NCBI RefSeq assembly: GCF_037013405.1
Contig: NZ_CP146064.1
Location: forward strand, 720,001 to 752,000
Source: Candidatus Nanosynbacter sp. BB002
GTDB taxonomy: Bacteria; Patescibacteriota; Saccharimonadia; Saccharimonadales; Saccharimonadaceae
DNA length: 32,000 nucleotides
Direction: 5' to 3'
Shown here in pieces: positions 9,147 to 18,094 of this stretch. The notes beneath the pieces are model-generated. The model was not told the DNA's origin. It searched no databases and saw only the letters and a list, made by a program, of their open reading frames with translations. The position numbers and the translations under genes were made by a program. Position 1 is the stretch's first letter, and every line of letters begins with the position of its first letter.

Positions 9147-11288
9147 ATGCCACCAACCATGAACCAAGAAGAAACCACCAAGCCCCTCGAGCAGTTTGGG
9201 ACGGACATCACGGCACTAGCGCGTGAGGGCAAACTCGACCCAGTAATCGGCCGCGATGAGGAAATTCGCCGCACCATGCAAATCCTCAGCCGGCGCACTA
9301 AAAATAATCCAGTCCTCATCGGCGAGCCGGGCGTCGGTAAAACCGCCATCGTCGAGGCCCTGGCGCAGCGCATCGTCAAAGGCGACGTACCGGCGTCACT
9401 AAAGGACAAGCGGCTGATTAGCTTGGAGATCTCCAGTTTGTTGGCCGGCGCGAGCTTTCGCGGTCAATTTGAAGAGCGCCTCAAAGCAATTTTGAAAGAA
9501 GTGGAAGAAGCGGCTGGCGAAATTATTTTGTTCGTTGATGAAATTCACACCATGGTTGGCGCCGGCAAAACCGAAGGCAGCATGGACGCTGGCAATATGC
9601 TCAAACCCGCCCTGGCGCGCGGTAAACTACACATGATTGGTGCGACGACGTTGGCGGAATATCGCCAGCATGTCGAAAAAGATGCAGCCCTAGAGCGACG
9701 CTTTCAGCCAGTCTATGTCGGCGAGCCAAGTTTTGACGACACCGTGGCGATTTTGCGCGGTCTGAAAGAAAAATACGAAGTTCATCACGGCGTTAAAATC
9801 TCTGATGATGCCATCGTGGCGGCGGCACGGTTATCCACCCGCTATCTGCCCGATCGCTTTTTACCTGACAAGGCCGTTGACCTCCTGGATGAAGCGACCA
9901 GCGCTCTGAAGATGCAACTGGAGAGTGTGCCGATTGCGCTGGATCGGCTGAATAATCGCCGCTTGCAGCTGGAAATTGAAGAAGCAGCGCTGAAAAAAGA
10001 CAAATCCGACCACGCCAAGGCACGCAAAGAGGAGATTAATCAGCAAATCGCCGACCTTCGAGCTCAGGCCGAGGTGATTGACAATAAATGGCAGCACGAA
10101 AAAGACATTCTCCAAACCGTCAATACCGCTACCGAAAAAATGGATAGTCTGCGCTCACAGTTAGAAATCGCCGAACGCGACGCTGATCTGGCCACCGCCA
10201 GCCGCATCAAATACGGCGACCTGCCAGAGCTGGAGAAAAAGCTGGCTGCCGCCCGCCAAGAACTGGCCGCCATTCCGCCGGCCGACCGCCTGCTGCGCGA
10301 AGAAGTCACTCCTGACGACATCGCCAGCGTAGTAGCGCGCTGGACGGGCATCCCCGTGGAGCGGCTGATTGAGACCGAATCCAGCAAATTGACCAAATTA
10401 GAGGAACACATCAGCACCCAAGTGATTGGTCAAGACAAGGCCATTGCCGCCGTGGCCAGCGCCATTCGCCGTTCGCGCGCTGGACTTGCTGACACCAACC
10501 GGCCGATCGGTTCCTTCCTCTTCCTCGGCCCTACAGGCGTGGGCAAAACAGAGGTGGCCCGCAGCCTGTGCCGTGAATTATTTGACGACGAACACGCCAT
10601 GATTCGTATCGATATGAGCGAATATATGGAGCGACACGCCGTAGCCCGCTTGATCGGTTCGCCGCCAGGCTACGTTGGCTATGACCAAGGTGGGCAACTC
10701 ACCGAAGCGGTGCGCCGCCGCCCCTACAGCGTGGTCCTGTTTGACGAAATCGAGAAGGCCCACCCCGATGTCTTCAACGTACTCCTTCAGGTGCTCGACG
10801 ATGGCCGCCTGACTGATGGCCAGGGGCGAACAGTCGATTTCTCCAACACGGTCATCATCATGACCAGTAATGTCGGCTCACAGGCGATTATGGACTTTTC
10901 TGGCGACGATTTGTCGGCACTGGATAATCAGATGCTTGAGGTGTTGCGCCAACACTTCCGGCCAGAATTTCTTAACCGCATTGATGACATTGTTATCTTC
11001 GACCGTATTCGACCAGAGGCCATGCGGGCAATTGTCGATGTCCAACTGAAACGCGTTGCTCGCCAAGTCAAAGACAGCCGCGACATCACCCTGGAGTTTG
11101 ACGATAGCGTCCGCGACATGTTGGCCCGCGACGGTTATGACCCGGCCTTTGGCGCCCGTCCGCTGAAGCGCTTGGTACAAAAGCGGGTGCTTGACCCGCT
11201 GGCGCTGGAGCTGATCGACGGACGAATTCATGACGGCATGGCGGTGACTGTCAGTGTCGCTGATGACCGGGTGACCTTTCACCAATAG
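9147..11288 (+). CDS. clpB: ClpB-type AAA+ disaggregase lacking the N-terminal domain (713 aa)
   Basis: Two AAA+ modules (GEPGVGKT / LFVDEIH; GPTGVGKT / [10 protein letters not shown]) separated by a coiled-coil M-domain ([20 protein letters not shown]...), which is the ClpB hallmark. The protein starts at the linker just before NBD1 ([29 protein letters not shown]). Strong SD AAAGGAGG. Confidence 0.93.
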   Translation: MPPTMNQEETTKPLEQFGTDITALAREGKLDPVIGRDEEIRRTMQILSRRTKNNPVLIGEPGVGKTAIVEALAQRIVKGDVPASLKDKRLISLEISSLLAGASFRGQFEERLKAILKEVEEAAGEIILFVDEIHTMVGAGKTEGSMDAGNMLKPALARGKLHMIGATTLAEYRQHVEKDAALERRFQPVYVGEPSFDDTVAILRGLKEKYEVHHGVKISDDAIVAAARLSTRYLPDRFLPDKAVDLLDEATSALKMQLESVPIALDRLNNRRLQLEIEEAALKKDKSDHAKARKEEINQQIADLRAQAEVIDNKWQHEKDILQTVNTATEKMDSLRSQLEIAERDADLATASRIKYGDLPELEKKLAAARQELAAIPPADRLLREEVTPDDIASVVARWTGIPVERLIETESSKLTKLEEHISTQVIGQDKAIAAVASAIRRSRAGLADTNRPIGSFLFLGPTGVGKTEVARSLCRELFDDEHAMIRIDMSEYMERHAVARLIGSPPGYVGYDQGGQLTEAVRRRPYSVVLFDEIEKAHPDVFNVLLQVLDDGRLTDGQGRTVDFSNTVIIMTSNVGSQAIMDFSGDDLSALDNQMLEVLRQHFRPEFLNRIDDIVIFDRIRPEAMRAIVDVQLKRVARQVKDSRDITLEFDDSVRDMLARDGYDPAFGARPLKRLVQKRVLDPLALELIDGRIHDGMAVTVSVADDRVTFHQ

Positions 11289-11363
11289 TCCCTTCCGTTC
11301 CTATCAATCACAGATACCTACTTCCGTGTGGCTTGAGCCATTCAAAGGTGCGCTCATAGCAAG

Positions 11364-11398
11364 AAAAAGCGCTCCAGCCATCAACCGGAACGCTTTTT
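11364..11398. terminator. Candidate bidirectional intrinsic terminator between convergent clpB and the FtsX-permease gene
   Basis: Hairpin AAAAAGCGCTCC-(11-nt loop)-GGAACGCTTTTT. GCG/CGC and TCC/GGA pair around one C-A mismatch, with an A-tract 5' and a T-tract 3'. Confidence 0.45.
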
Positions 11399-11426
11399 GA
11401 TAGATTGTCCTCAGACCGGAGGCACG

Positions 11427-13655
11427 CTACTCGGTTTGGTTAGCCTCCGCCCGCGTCAGCTTGTCGACCATCGGCAATATCAAGTAAATACCGATGATAG
11501 CTGCCGCCAGACCAGCACCAACGATGGCAAAGTAGGTTGGTGTTAACACCGGCTTCAGTGTCGTCGAGAACATCTTCGTGAATACTGCCCCCGTCCAAAC
11601 ACCGATACCACACGACAGAACCGAGGTGATCAGCAGCGGCGCCACCGATTCAACCATCACCAAACGCTTCAGTTGAATGAGGCGCATACCACCGAGACGC
11701 AAAGTATATAGCGAACGGCGACGCTCCATTAGCCCGCCAATCGTCGAGACAACCAGGCTCGCTACCGCCACAAATAACGTCACGCCAATACCAATATAGG
11801 CTAAGCTGGCAAATTCGCGAATCGTTGGATTGATATGCGGTTTTTTGGAATCAGTGCCGCCCACTACGTATGTCAGATCGTACTGGTTAGCGCGCATCAC
11901 AACCATGCTACGTAACTTCTCAAGATCATTGTCTGATTTGACCGTCACTAAATATTCTTTGGCGCCGCTAGTGTCAATATTGTCGGCCATCAACGACACA
12001 TTTTTGACCACTGGCGCGTCAAAATTCAACAGCGCAAATTGGTCGGGCCGAGCATTACTTGGACAGGTGTGCTCAGTGTATATTGCCAGATCCTGGCAGC
12101 GAATTACACTGCCATCCTCGCGTGGATAGATCGTTGCTACTGACGTGACATACGACTGCTGGTTCAGCTGCTTCGCCATATCACCTGGCAGTGAACGGCC
12201 AATGACAGCTGCGGTACCATGCTTCAACTGTGAGTAACCGTTGTCTTTGATAGCCTGAACATTTAAGTTCTCAATACCACTGGTTGCTGTCAGGTAAAAG
12301 CTACCAGCAAACAACGCCAGCACCACCCCACTCACACCACGGAAAACCGTTCGTGAATGCACTGCCGTACGCTTACCAGCGATCAGCATTGAACCATTAT
12401 TCGCCCAGCGCGCCGCCAGTAGCGACAGCTTATTCGTCAGCCAGCCACCAGTCAGGACGAGCCCGAACATCACCAGCAGTAGCGCCGCCAGTAGCAATAT
12501 AGATGGAATAGCCGATTCTTTATGTGCCGTCAACCAATCCAGACCCGGCTTTGACGACAACCAAACAAAGATGGCGATACCAGTTGCTGGTACCAACGGC
12601 CGCCACCCGCGTAGTTTCTTTACCTTTTCAACCGAACGTGACACACCCAGTGGCGAAATTTGCGCTCGGCGCATCCGTCGCCAGTTAACAAACGTCGTCA
12701 GACCCAATGTCAAGCCAATAATCAAGGCGTATTGCGTGGTAGTCAACGCTAAATCACCAGGATTAAACCGCATCCCGCTCAGCTTGAAAGCTTGCAGCGG
12801 CGCTTGTAATAGCCCAAACGCGCCCAGGCCAATCACCACACCGACCACTGATGCTAGCAACGACTCCAAGAGTAATATCCGTGTTACCTGCCGCTTGGAC
12901 GCGCCGATCAACCGCAAGGCAGCATAGCGTTTTTCACGTTGTGCCGCACCCAGCTGTGTCGCCACTGACACGAAAATGACGATCGGAAACAGTAAGATGG
13001 TTCCACCAACGCCAAGTACAGTGATAGATATAGGATCTAGTCCGACATTTGATGTTAGACCATTCGCATCCGTCCGGTAAACATTAGCAAAGTAGGGAGC
13101 TTGTCCTCGAGTTTTCGCGGCAGCATCACTTGCCGCCACTTCATCAGCGCTGGCACCACGTACCATCATGAGAGCATCTGGGCCGCTAACATATTCACTA
13201 GGGAGTACGCCGAGATACTTAGTGTTACTACCAAAGCGCGCCAAGATATCATCCTCAGGGTGTTGAGCCACCACATCAGCCAACGCTTTCGATAAGTAAT
13301 ACTCGCCCGGACCTGGCGTTTTTAGCTTAACAAACTGCGGCGATTTAGCCGTACCGTACATCGAGTAGGTTTGGATATATTGACCGCGCCATTTTGACGC
13401 ATTGCCAAGTCGCACAACATTACTAATTCTTAATGGCTCAATACCAGCAATTGGTTGCTGTGAAGCCTCTTTGCGACTAGCTTGGTGTGCCGCCAGGCTG
13501 ATGGCTGATCCTCCAGCGCGTCTCATAAGCCCATTGATACCAGCCGTAAAGCAGCACACTAGTACGATCCCCAGCGCCACCGCCGCCGTCGTCAAGCCCA
13601 GACGCGCAAACGACTGGCGGCCAGACTTTTGTAGTAACATCCAACTAACGCTCAT
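11427..13655 (-). CDS. MacB/FtsX-type ABC permease with duplicated module (742 aa)
   Basis: Two repeats of TM helix + large extracytoplasmic domain + 3 TM helices, the FtsX-domain pattern (LRLIGASKRQV..., LRLGGMRLIQL...). TGATG junction with the ATPase gene. Confidence 0.82.
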   Translation of the reverse strand: MSVSWMLLQKSGRQSFARLGLTTAAVALGIVLVCCFTAGINGLMRRAGGSAISLAAHQASRKEASQQPIAGIEPLRISNVVRLGNASKWRGQYIQTYSMYGTAKSPQFVKLKTPGPGEYYLSKALADVVAQHPEDDILARFGSNTKYLGVLPSEYVSGPDALMMVRGASADEVAASDAAAKTRGQAPYFANVYRTDANGLTSNVGLDPISITVLGVGGTILLFPIVIFVSVATQLGAAQREKRYAALRLIGASKRQVTRILLLESLLASVVGVVIGLGAFGLLQAPLQAFKLSGMRFNPGDLALTTTQYALIIGLTLGLTTFVNWRRMRRAQISPLGVSRSVEKVKKLRGWRPLVPATGIAIFVWLSSKPGLDWLTAHKESAIPSILLLAALLLVMFGLVLTGGWLTNKLSLLAARWANNGSMLIAGKRTAVHSRTVFRGVSGVVLALFAGSFYLTATSGIENLNVQAIKDNGYSQLKHGTAAVIGRSLPGDMAKQLNQQSYVTSVATIYPREDGSVIRCQDLAIYTEHTCPSNARPDQFALLNFDAPVVKNVSLMADNIDTSGAKEYLVTVKSDNDLEKLRSMVVMRANQYDLTYVVGGTDSKKPHINPTIREFASLAYIGIGVTLFVAVASLVVSTIGGLMERRRSLYTLRLGGMRLIQLKRLVMVESVAPLLITSVLSCGIGVWTGAVFTKMFSTTLKPVLTPTYFAIVGAGLAAAIIGIYLILPMVDKLTRAEANQTE

Positions 13656-14380
13656 CAGACAATCCTCGCCTTAGCTTTATCAGCCCTCGTCTGTGCCGGG
13701 TTTACCGCTGCCTCAGCGCCAGAAATCTGCCCGTCACGGACGATGATTTCCCGGTCAGCGTAGGCGGCAATCGTCGGCTCATGCGTCACCATGATGACTG
13801 TCGTGCCGTGCTCTTTGGCGGTTTTGATAAACAATTCCATGACCTTTTCTGAGTTCAGACTATCTAGCGAACCAGTCGGCTCGTCAGCAAACAATACTTT
13901 TGGCTCAATCACCATGGCTCGGGCAATCGCCACGCGCTGCATTTGTCCACCTGACAACTCGCCGAGCATACTGTTAGCTTTACTCGCCAACTCAACATTG
14001 TTCAACCATGTTTTCGCCCGTTGATAGGCTTCTTCACGCTTGATGCCGTTGAGTAGCAATGGCAACGCTACATTGTCCAGCGCCGTCAGCTCCGGCACCA
14101 ACTGTCCAAACTGAAAGACAAAGCCAAAACTGGTGCGCCGTAGCATGCTGCGCTTATCATCGTTCATCGTATCAATCCGCTGACCGTCAAAATCAATCTC
14201 GCCACTATCAACTTTAGTAATTGCCGCCAAGCTATGTAGCAGCGTTGATTTACCAGACCCAGACGGGCCCATGATCGCCAGCACCTCGCCCGCCTCGACA
14301 TCCAAGCTAACACCGCGCAGCGCCTGTGTTTGCCCGAACGACTTTGTAATTTTTTTAGCGCTAATTATTGGTTTGCTCAT
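13655..14380 (-). CDS. ABC transporter ATP-binding protein (MacB/LolD-like)
   Basis: Walker A GPSGSGKST, signature LSGGQMQRVAIARA, Walker B VLFADEPTGSLD, H-loop VTHE. SD AAGGAGG upstream. Confidence 0.92.
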   Translation of the reverse strand: MSKPIISAKKITKSFGQTQALRGVSLDVEAGEVLAIMGPSGSGKSTLLHSLAAITKVDSGEIDFDGQRIDTMNDDKRSMLRRTSFGFVFQFGQLVPELTALDNVALPLLLNGIKREEAYQRAKTWLNNVELASKANSMLGELSGGQMQRVAIARAMVIEPKVLFADEPTGSLDSLNSEKVMELFIKTAKEHGTTVIMVTHEPTIAAYADREIIVRDGQISGAEAAVNPAQTRADKAKARIV

Positions 14381-14903
14381 GCAAAATTTCCTCCTTTAGC
14401 CGCGTTAACCGCGAAATTATTAATTCAATCCAGCGCAAATCCGCCTCCAAATGATACAGTGCATGGTCAATCAGCAGCATGTCCGACAAACTACTATCGC
14501 GCCGCTGCGCTGTCAGCTCACGCATCCGTTGGATGTGCGCCTGGCGCTGATTATCCAGATACGGCGAAGCATCGCCATCCTTCAGGATAGCCAGCACCGC
14601 TTTGATATACATGGTTGCTTGCAGTTGCGGCGACGGTGCTTCGGGTGACTCCAACCACGCCTGCAAATCTTGCTTACCTTCATCGGTAATTTCATACCGA
14701 ACCCGGTCCGGCCCGCCCGATTCGCTGGTATCAGTAATTTCTTTGACTTTGTTGTCGCGTTTGAGCCGTGCCAGAGTTGAATATATCTGACCGGTTAAAA
14801 TTGGCTTGTCCTTGCCAAAATAGCCGTCATATTTTTTCTTCAACTCATAGCCATAATTTGACTCTTCCGCTAAAAAACCTAACAGGGTATATTGAACGCT
14901 CAT
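14361..14903 (-). CDS. PadR-family transcriptional regulator (180 aa, long PadR-1 type)
   Basis: Winged-helix PadR signature: YTLLGFLAEESNYGYELKKKY...GQIYSTLARLKRDNKV. I place the start at the ATG at 14903 (MSVQYTLLG) rather than the track start at 14951. A -35/-10 promoter and a palindromic operator sit inside the 14904..14951 extension. Confidence 0.85.
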   Translation of the reverse strand: MSVQYTLLGFLAEESNYGYELKKKYDGYFGKDKPILTGQIYSTLARLKRDNKVKEITDTSESGGPDRVRYEITDEGKQDLQAWLESPEAPSPQLQATMYIKAVLAILKDGDASPYLDNQRQAHIQRMRELTAQRRDSSLSDMLLIDHALYHLEADLRWIELIISRLTRLKEEILHEQTNN

Positions 14904-14909
14904 ACTCTT

Positions 14910-14938
14910 ACTATACACCCATTGTTTAGTTATTGCAA
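14910..14938 (-). promoter_or_regulatory. padR-ABC operon promoter TTGCAA-N17-TATAGT-N6-ATG
   Basis: Minus strand: -35 TTGCAA (14938..14933), 17-nt spacer, -10 TATAGT (14915..14910), AAGAGT, then the ATG at 14903. Confidence 0.5.
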
Positions 14939-14943
14939 GAGTT

Positions 14944-14962
14944 CTATACACTCAGTGTATAG
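14944..14962. promoter_or_regulatory. Perfect palindrome CTATACACT-C-AGTGTATAG, candidate PadR operator
   Basis: A 9-bp inverted repeat with a 1-bp spacer lies 5 nt upstream of the padR -35. An extra half-site, CTATACAC, at 14911..14918 overlaps the -10 box. Confidence 0.5.
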
Positions 14963-15015
14963 TATGTTCTGTCACCTAACCTCACCAGAATGCATACTAT
15001 TATGCAATTTTGACG

Positions 15016-15021
15016 TATAAT
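15016..15021 (+). promoter_or_regulatory. Candidate -10 box TATAAT, 6 nt upstream of the ATG at 15028
   Basis: TATAAT, GGATGC, then an ATG in frame with the track ORF. A second inverted repeat, TGCATA-CTAT-TATGCA (14991..15006), sits where a -35 would be. Confidence 0.35.
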
Positions 15022-15027
15022 GGATGC

Positions 15028-15636
15028 ATGGTTCAATTTTGCCGAGTATATAACAAACAGCAGTCCATCAAGTCAGCTATGGTAGGAGTTGGTAAAATCC
15101 TCAGCCTACCACAGTACGCACTGCTGGCACTTACCCTATCTTTGCTCGTTGCACTCATTATTTTTTTTGCTATCAACGCCAACTTTTACGGCCCGCTGAT
15201 GATGTCGCGGTTGCCGATGCTAGACAAAGCCTCCCTTGTCGGGACTATGTTCATTGATATATTCAAACAGGGCTTCAGCTCACTCAATGGCGCATTGCTC
15301 CTTGTAGTGTCACTTCTCCAAGGACTGTCAATCACCGTCGTCATTTTTACTGCCAAGAAAAATAAGCGTAATGAACAGTCGGTCACCAGACAAGTCGGAC
15401 TCAGCGGCCTGGCCTCTGTGGCTGCTGCCATCGGCCTGGGCTGCGTTCCCTGCGGCACATCACTCATCCTGCCGCTCGTTGCTGTGTTCTTCTCAGGTGC
15501 TGCCGCTGCCACTGCCGCCACCGTTGCCAGCACCATTGTCTTGATGTTAGCCCTACTATTAAGCCTCTTTTCACTCTACAAGTCTGGACAAATCGCCTTT
15601 ATGTATACAGAATTAGCAAAACAGGAGGAACTATGA
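15028..15636 (+). CDS. Hypothetical 4-TM membrane protein with an intramembrane CxxC (GLGCVPCG)
   Basis: Four hydrophobic helices. The only conserved-looking motif is AAIGLGCVPCGTSLILPL in helix 3. Its stop overlaps the start of the DsbA-like gene (ATGA). The start is ambiguous: 15010 TTG, 15028 ATG (preferred on promoter spacing), or 15079 ATG. Confidence 0.55.
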   Translation: MVQFCRVYNKQQSIKSAMVGVGKILSLPQYALLALTLSLLVALIIFFAINANFYGPLMMSRLPMLDKASLVGTMFIDIFKQGFSSLNGALLLVVSLLQGLSITVVIFTAKKNKRNEQSVTRQVGLSGLASVAAAIGLGCVPCGTSLILPLVAVFFSGAAAATAATVASTIVLMLALLLSLFSLYKSGQIAFMYTELAKQEEL

Positions 15637-16349
15637 ATCGACAAAAATCAGCAGGCATAGCAATCATTTGGGTTATTTCAGGCATTTTGATTACGGCAAT
15701 CGTCGCATTGTTTATCTACGGCATCGTTAATCGTCCACCAAATCGCCATGTCGGTGACGGCAAACCATGGAACGAAAAGATGTCACAAGGCTCTGCTGAA
15801 GCCAAGCATGTGTTTGTTGATTATACTGATTATTTTTGCTCATTCTGCGCCGAAGTTGAAGCAGCCACTAACGCTGATTTCTTCAAAAATGAGTATATCA
15901 AATCAGGTAAAGTTCGCTACGAACATCGCGTGGTAACACTGCTCAAAGAAGTCACCGACAACACAGAAACTGGGGCTCACGCCGCCTTTTGCGCCGCTGA
16001 CCAGGACAAATACTGGCAGTATACCCACGACATCGTGCCACGCATCAAGCGTGATTATTTTGACAAAGGAATTGGTGTGAAAAACGTTGCCGTACCGCAA
16101 AAAATTCCACCACTGCCGCTAGACTACTTCCTGGCGTCTGCTAAACATGTTGGTATGGATGAGGCGAAATTTACTGACTGTATGACCAAAAAACCACACC
16201 AAAAAGAAATCGATGACAATACCCAAAAAGCTCTTTCGCTTGGTGTGAGCGGCCTGCCATACATGGTGATCAATGATTATGTTGCCAGTGGGTTTGCTGG
16301 CGGTGAAACTGGCTTAAAGGCGATCTTGAAAGCTGGCGGAGTGAACTAA
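15633..16349 (+). CDS. Membrane-anchored DsbA/BdbD-like thiol-disulfide oxidoreductase
   Basis: N-terminal TM anchor followed by a thioredoxin-fold CxxC in typical DsbA context (VFVDYTDYFCSFCAEVE) and a C-terminal GVSGLPYMVIND (cis-Pro loop region). SD AGGAGG. Confidence 0.85.
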   Translation: MNRQKSAGIAIIWVISGILITAIVALFIYGIVNRPPNRHVGDGKPWNEKMSQGSAEAKHVFVDYTDYFCSFCAEVEAATNADFFKNEYIKSGKVRYEHRVVTLLKEVTDNTETGAHAAFCAADQDKYWQYTHDIVPRIKRDYFDKGIGVKNVAVPQKIPPLPLDYFLASAKHVGMDEAKFTDCMTKKPHQKEIDDNTQKALSLGVSGLPYMVINDYVASGFAGGETGLKAILKAGGVN

Positions 16350-17848
16350 TGCCTACCAAAAAAACGCAAACAAAACCTCAAAAATTGTCAACAAAACGAC
16401 AACCAGCTCGAACCAGCCATAAGTCAAGAACTAACGCAACACCTGCAAACCGACCTCGATTGAGCAGTATTATATTCACTACGTTACTTTTGCTTGCTGT
16501 TAGCGCAATGGGTGTCTTATTTTACCTCCATTCCAAGCAGCCACCAACCCAACGTCCAACTGTTCTAGAAGATGAAAAATATTATTTCACCGATTCGCGC
16601 TATGCTGGCATTCGCTCCAAGTTTGTGACGCGCGACAGCAAGCGCGAAAAGGTCTCAATCGAATACCCAATTACCAGCAATTCCAAAATCAACAAACTCA
16701 TCGCCCGAGCAATTGACCGCGCTGATAGTGATTTTCGCTACACTTCATCAAGCACCATCACCTTTGAGCGACCAATGACCGAAACCATCAGCTACCAAGT
16801 GACGCATAATAATTCCGTCGCCCTGTCGATCATCGTCAATATCAAACAAGACATGCATGGCGCCCATCCAGTGGCACTGACGCTGTTTTGGACCTTTGAT
16901 AAAGATTCTGGCGAGGTGATTAGTCTGGATAATTTGACTGAGAAATCAGAGGAAGCCACCAAGGCAATCGTGACAGCCGCCCAACGAGACGTTGCACAAA
17001 CCATCAAACAACGCCAGCAGCCAGAAGCAAATCTTGAGGAGATAATCACCAAAGAGACATTGGCAAACTTTACCATCGCTGACGATGGCAATGCCCTGGT
17101 CTGGCCAATTGGACAAGCCTCCCTGTTGCCGTCAGCCTATGGCGAATTAACCATCAAAGTACCAACCGCAACTGTTGCCAAATACCTGCAAAATCCAACG
17201 GCTCAAAAACTAGGCAATTTCCCTAAACCACCCGAGCCAAAGCCAGAACCAAAGCCAGCGCCCGCTGCACCAGCACCCGCGCCAACCACTGGCAATAGAG
17301 TGATCGCTTTGACGTTTGATGACGGGCCGGGACCATACACTGCGCACCTACTGGACATCTTGGATCAGTATGGTGCAAAAGCGACGTTCTTCTTGATCGG
17401 CAGCAAGGTTTCCGGCCAGGCTAGTGTTGTACGCAGCATCCATGCACGCGGCCATCAGCTAGGCAATCATTCATGGTCACACCCAGAATTACCAAAACTA
17501 TCAGTTGACCAAATTGCTGGCGAAATCGACCGCACCAACGGAGCTATCAGGCAAGCCACTGGCGTCAAGCCAACCATTCTGCGACCACCGTATGGTGCAG
17601 CCAACGGTGTGGTTTTAGAACAACTTCGGACGCGTGGCATGTCGTCAATTTTGTGGTCAGTTGACACTCGTGATTGGGCTGATCGCAATAGCCAGATCGT
17701 CTGTTCACGTGCTGTCGCTGGCGCTCGTCCTGGAGCCGTCATCTTGATGCATGACATTCACCAAACTTCCGTCAATGCCGTGCCGTGTATCCTCAGTTCA
17801 CTGAAGCAGCAGGGATATTCGTTTGTGACGATACAACGGTTACATTAG
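16349..17848 (+). CDS. PdaC-like peptidoglycan/polysaccharide deacetylase (TM anchor + DUF3298-like domain + NodB domain)
   Basis: All five NodB motifs are present: TFDDGP, HSWSH, RPPYG, DTRDW, ILMHD. A Pro-rich linker (PEPKPEPKPAPAAPAPAP) and a roughly 230-aa N-terminal extracytoplasmic domain precede it, the same architecture as B. subtilis PdaC. Confidence 0.85.
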   Translation: MPTKKTQTKPQKLSTKRQPARTSHKSRTNATPANRPRLSSIIFTTLLLLAVSAMGVLFYLHSKQPPTQRPTVLEDEKYYFTDSRYAGIRSKFVTRDSKREKVSIEYPITSNSKINKLIARAIDRADSDFRYTSSSTITFERPMTETISYQVTHNNSVALSIIVNIKQDMHGAHPVALTLFWTFDKDSGEVISLDNLTEKSEEATKAIVTAAQRDVAQTIKQRQQPEANLEEIITKETLANFTIADDGNALVWPIGQASLLPSAYGELTIKVPTATVAKYLQNPTAQKLGNFPKPPEPKPEPKPAPAAPAPAPTTGNRVIALTFDDGPGPYTAHLLDILDQYGAKATFFLIGSKVSGQASVVRSIHARGHQLGNHSWSHPELPKLSVDQIAGEIDRTNGAIRQATGVKPTILRPPYGAANGVVLEQLRTRGMSSILWSVDTRDWADRNSQIVCSRAVAGARPGAVILMHDIHQTSVNAVPCILSSLKQQGYSFVTIQRLH

Positions 17849-18075
17849 TCCACCTGATCAATCTCAAATATCTTGTATTTCGAAGAAGTACCACGCAGTA
17901 ATTTTACCTTTGAGGGCGCCACGCCGAGATGCTTTGCTAGTAGTTTCGCCGCCGCTAGATTTGCCCGACCTTCAATGGCTGGCGCCTTGGTGTAAATCGT
18001 CAACGAACCGTCGTCATTCGTGATGACTTCTTCACGATGGCGGGAGTTGGGTTTGAGATGGACGGAGATTTTCAT
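17845..18075 (-). CDS. DUF167 (YggU-like) small protein
   Basis: 76 aa with the pattern ...KAPAIEGRANLAAAKLLAKHLGVAPSKVKLLRGTSSKYKIFEI, characteristic of the UPF0235/DUF167 family. Confidence 0.75.
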   Translation of the reverse strand: MKISVHLKPNSRHREEVITNDDGSLTIYTKAPAIEGRANLAAAKLLAKHLGVAPSKVKLLRGTSSKYKIFEIDQVD

Positions 18076-18094
18076 AGTTCAATAATCATTACCC

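Noticed and set aside
9122-11285. Numerous short ORFs on both strands inside clpB (e.g. 9122..9409, 10064..10417, 10878..11285)
   Set aside because: All are nested in or antisense to a strongly supported ClpB frame. Their R/S/A-rich translations are typical of an off-frame GC-rich gene.
11417-11449. 7-bp perfect stem CGGAGGC ... GCCTCCG
   Set aside because: It has a 19-nt loop and no T-tract, and its 3' arm lies within the last codons of the FtsX permease gene. It is less convincing as a terminator than the A/T-flanked hairpin at 11364..11398.
14904-14951. N-terminal extensions proposed by the ORF track (padR to 14951; also radC to 28872, crtYe to 30323, hsdR GTG 21886, membrane protein TTG 15010)
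   Set aside because: The extensions would run over promoter or operator elements, or would deeply overlap the upstream gene. The internal ATGs give canonical ATGA/TGATG coupling or -10-N6-ATG spacing, and family-typical N-termini.
17221-17290. DNA-level short repeats (ccaaagccagaaccaaagcc...)
   Set aside because: They encode the PEPKPEPKPAPAAPAPAP Pro-rich linker of the deacetylase. This is an in-frame low-complexity protein linker, not a repeat element.
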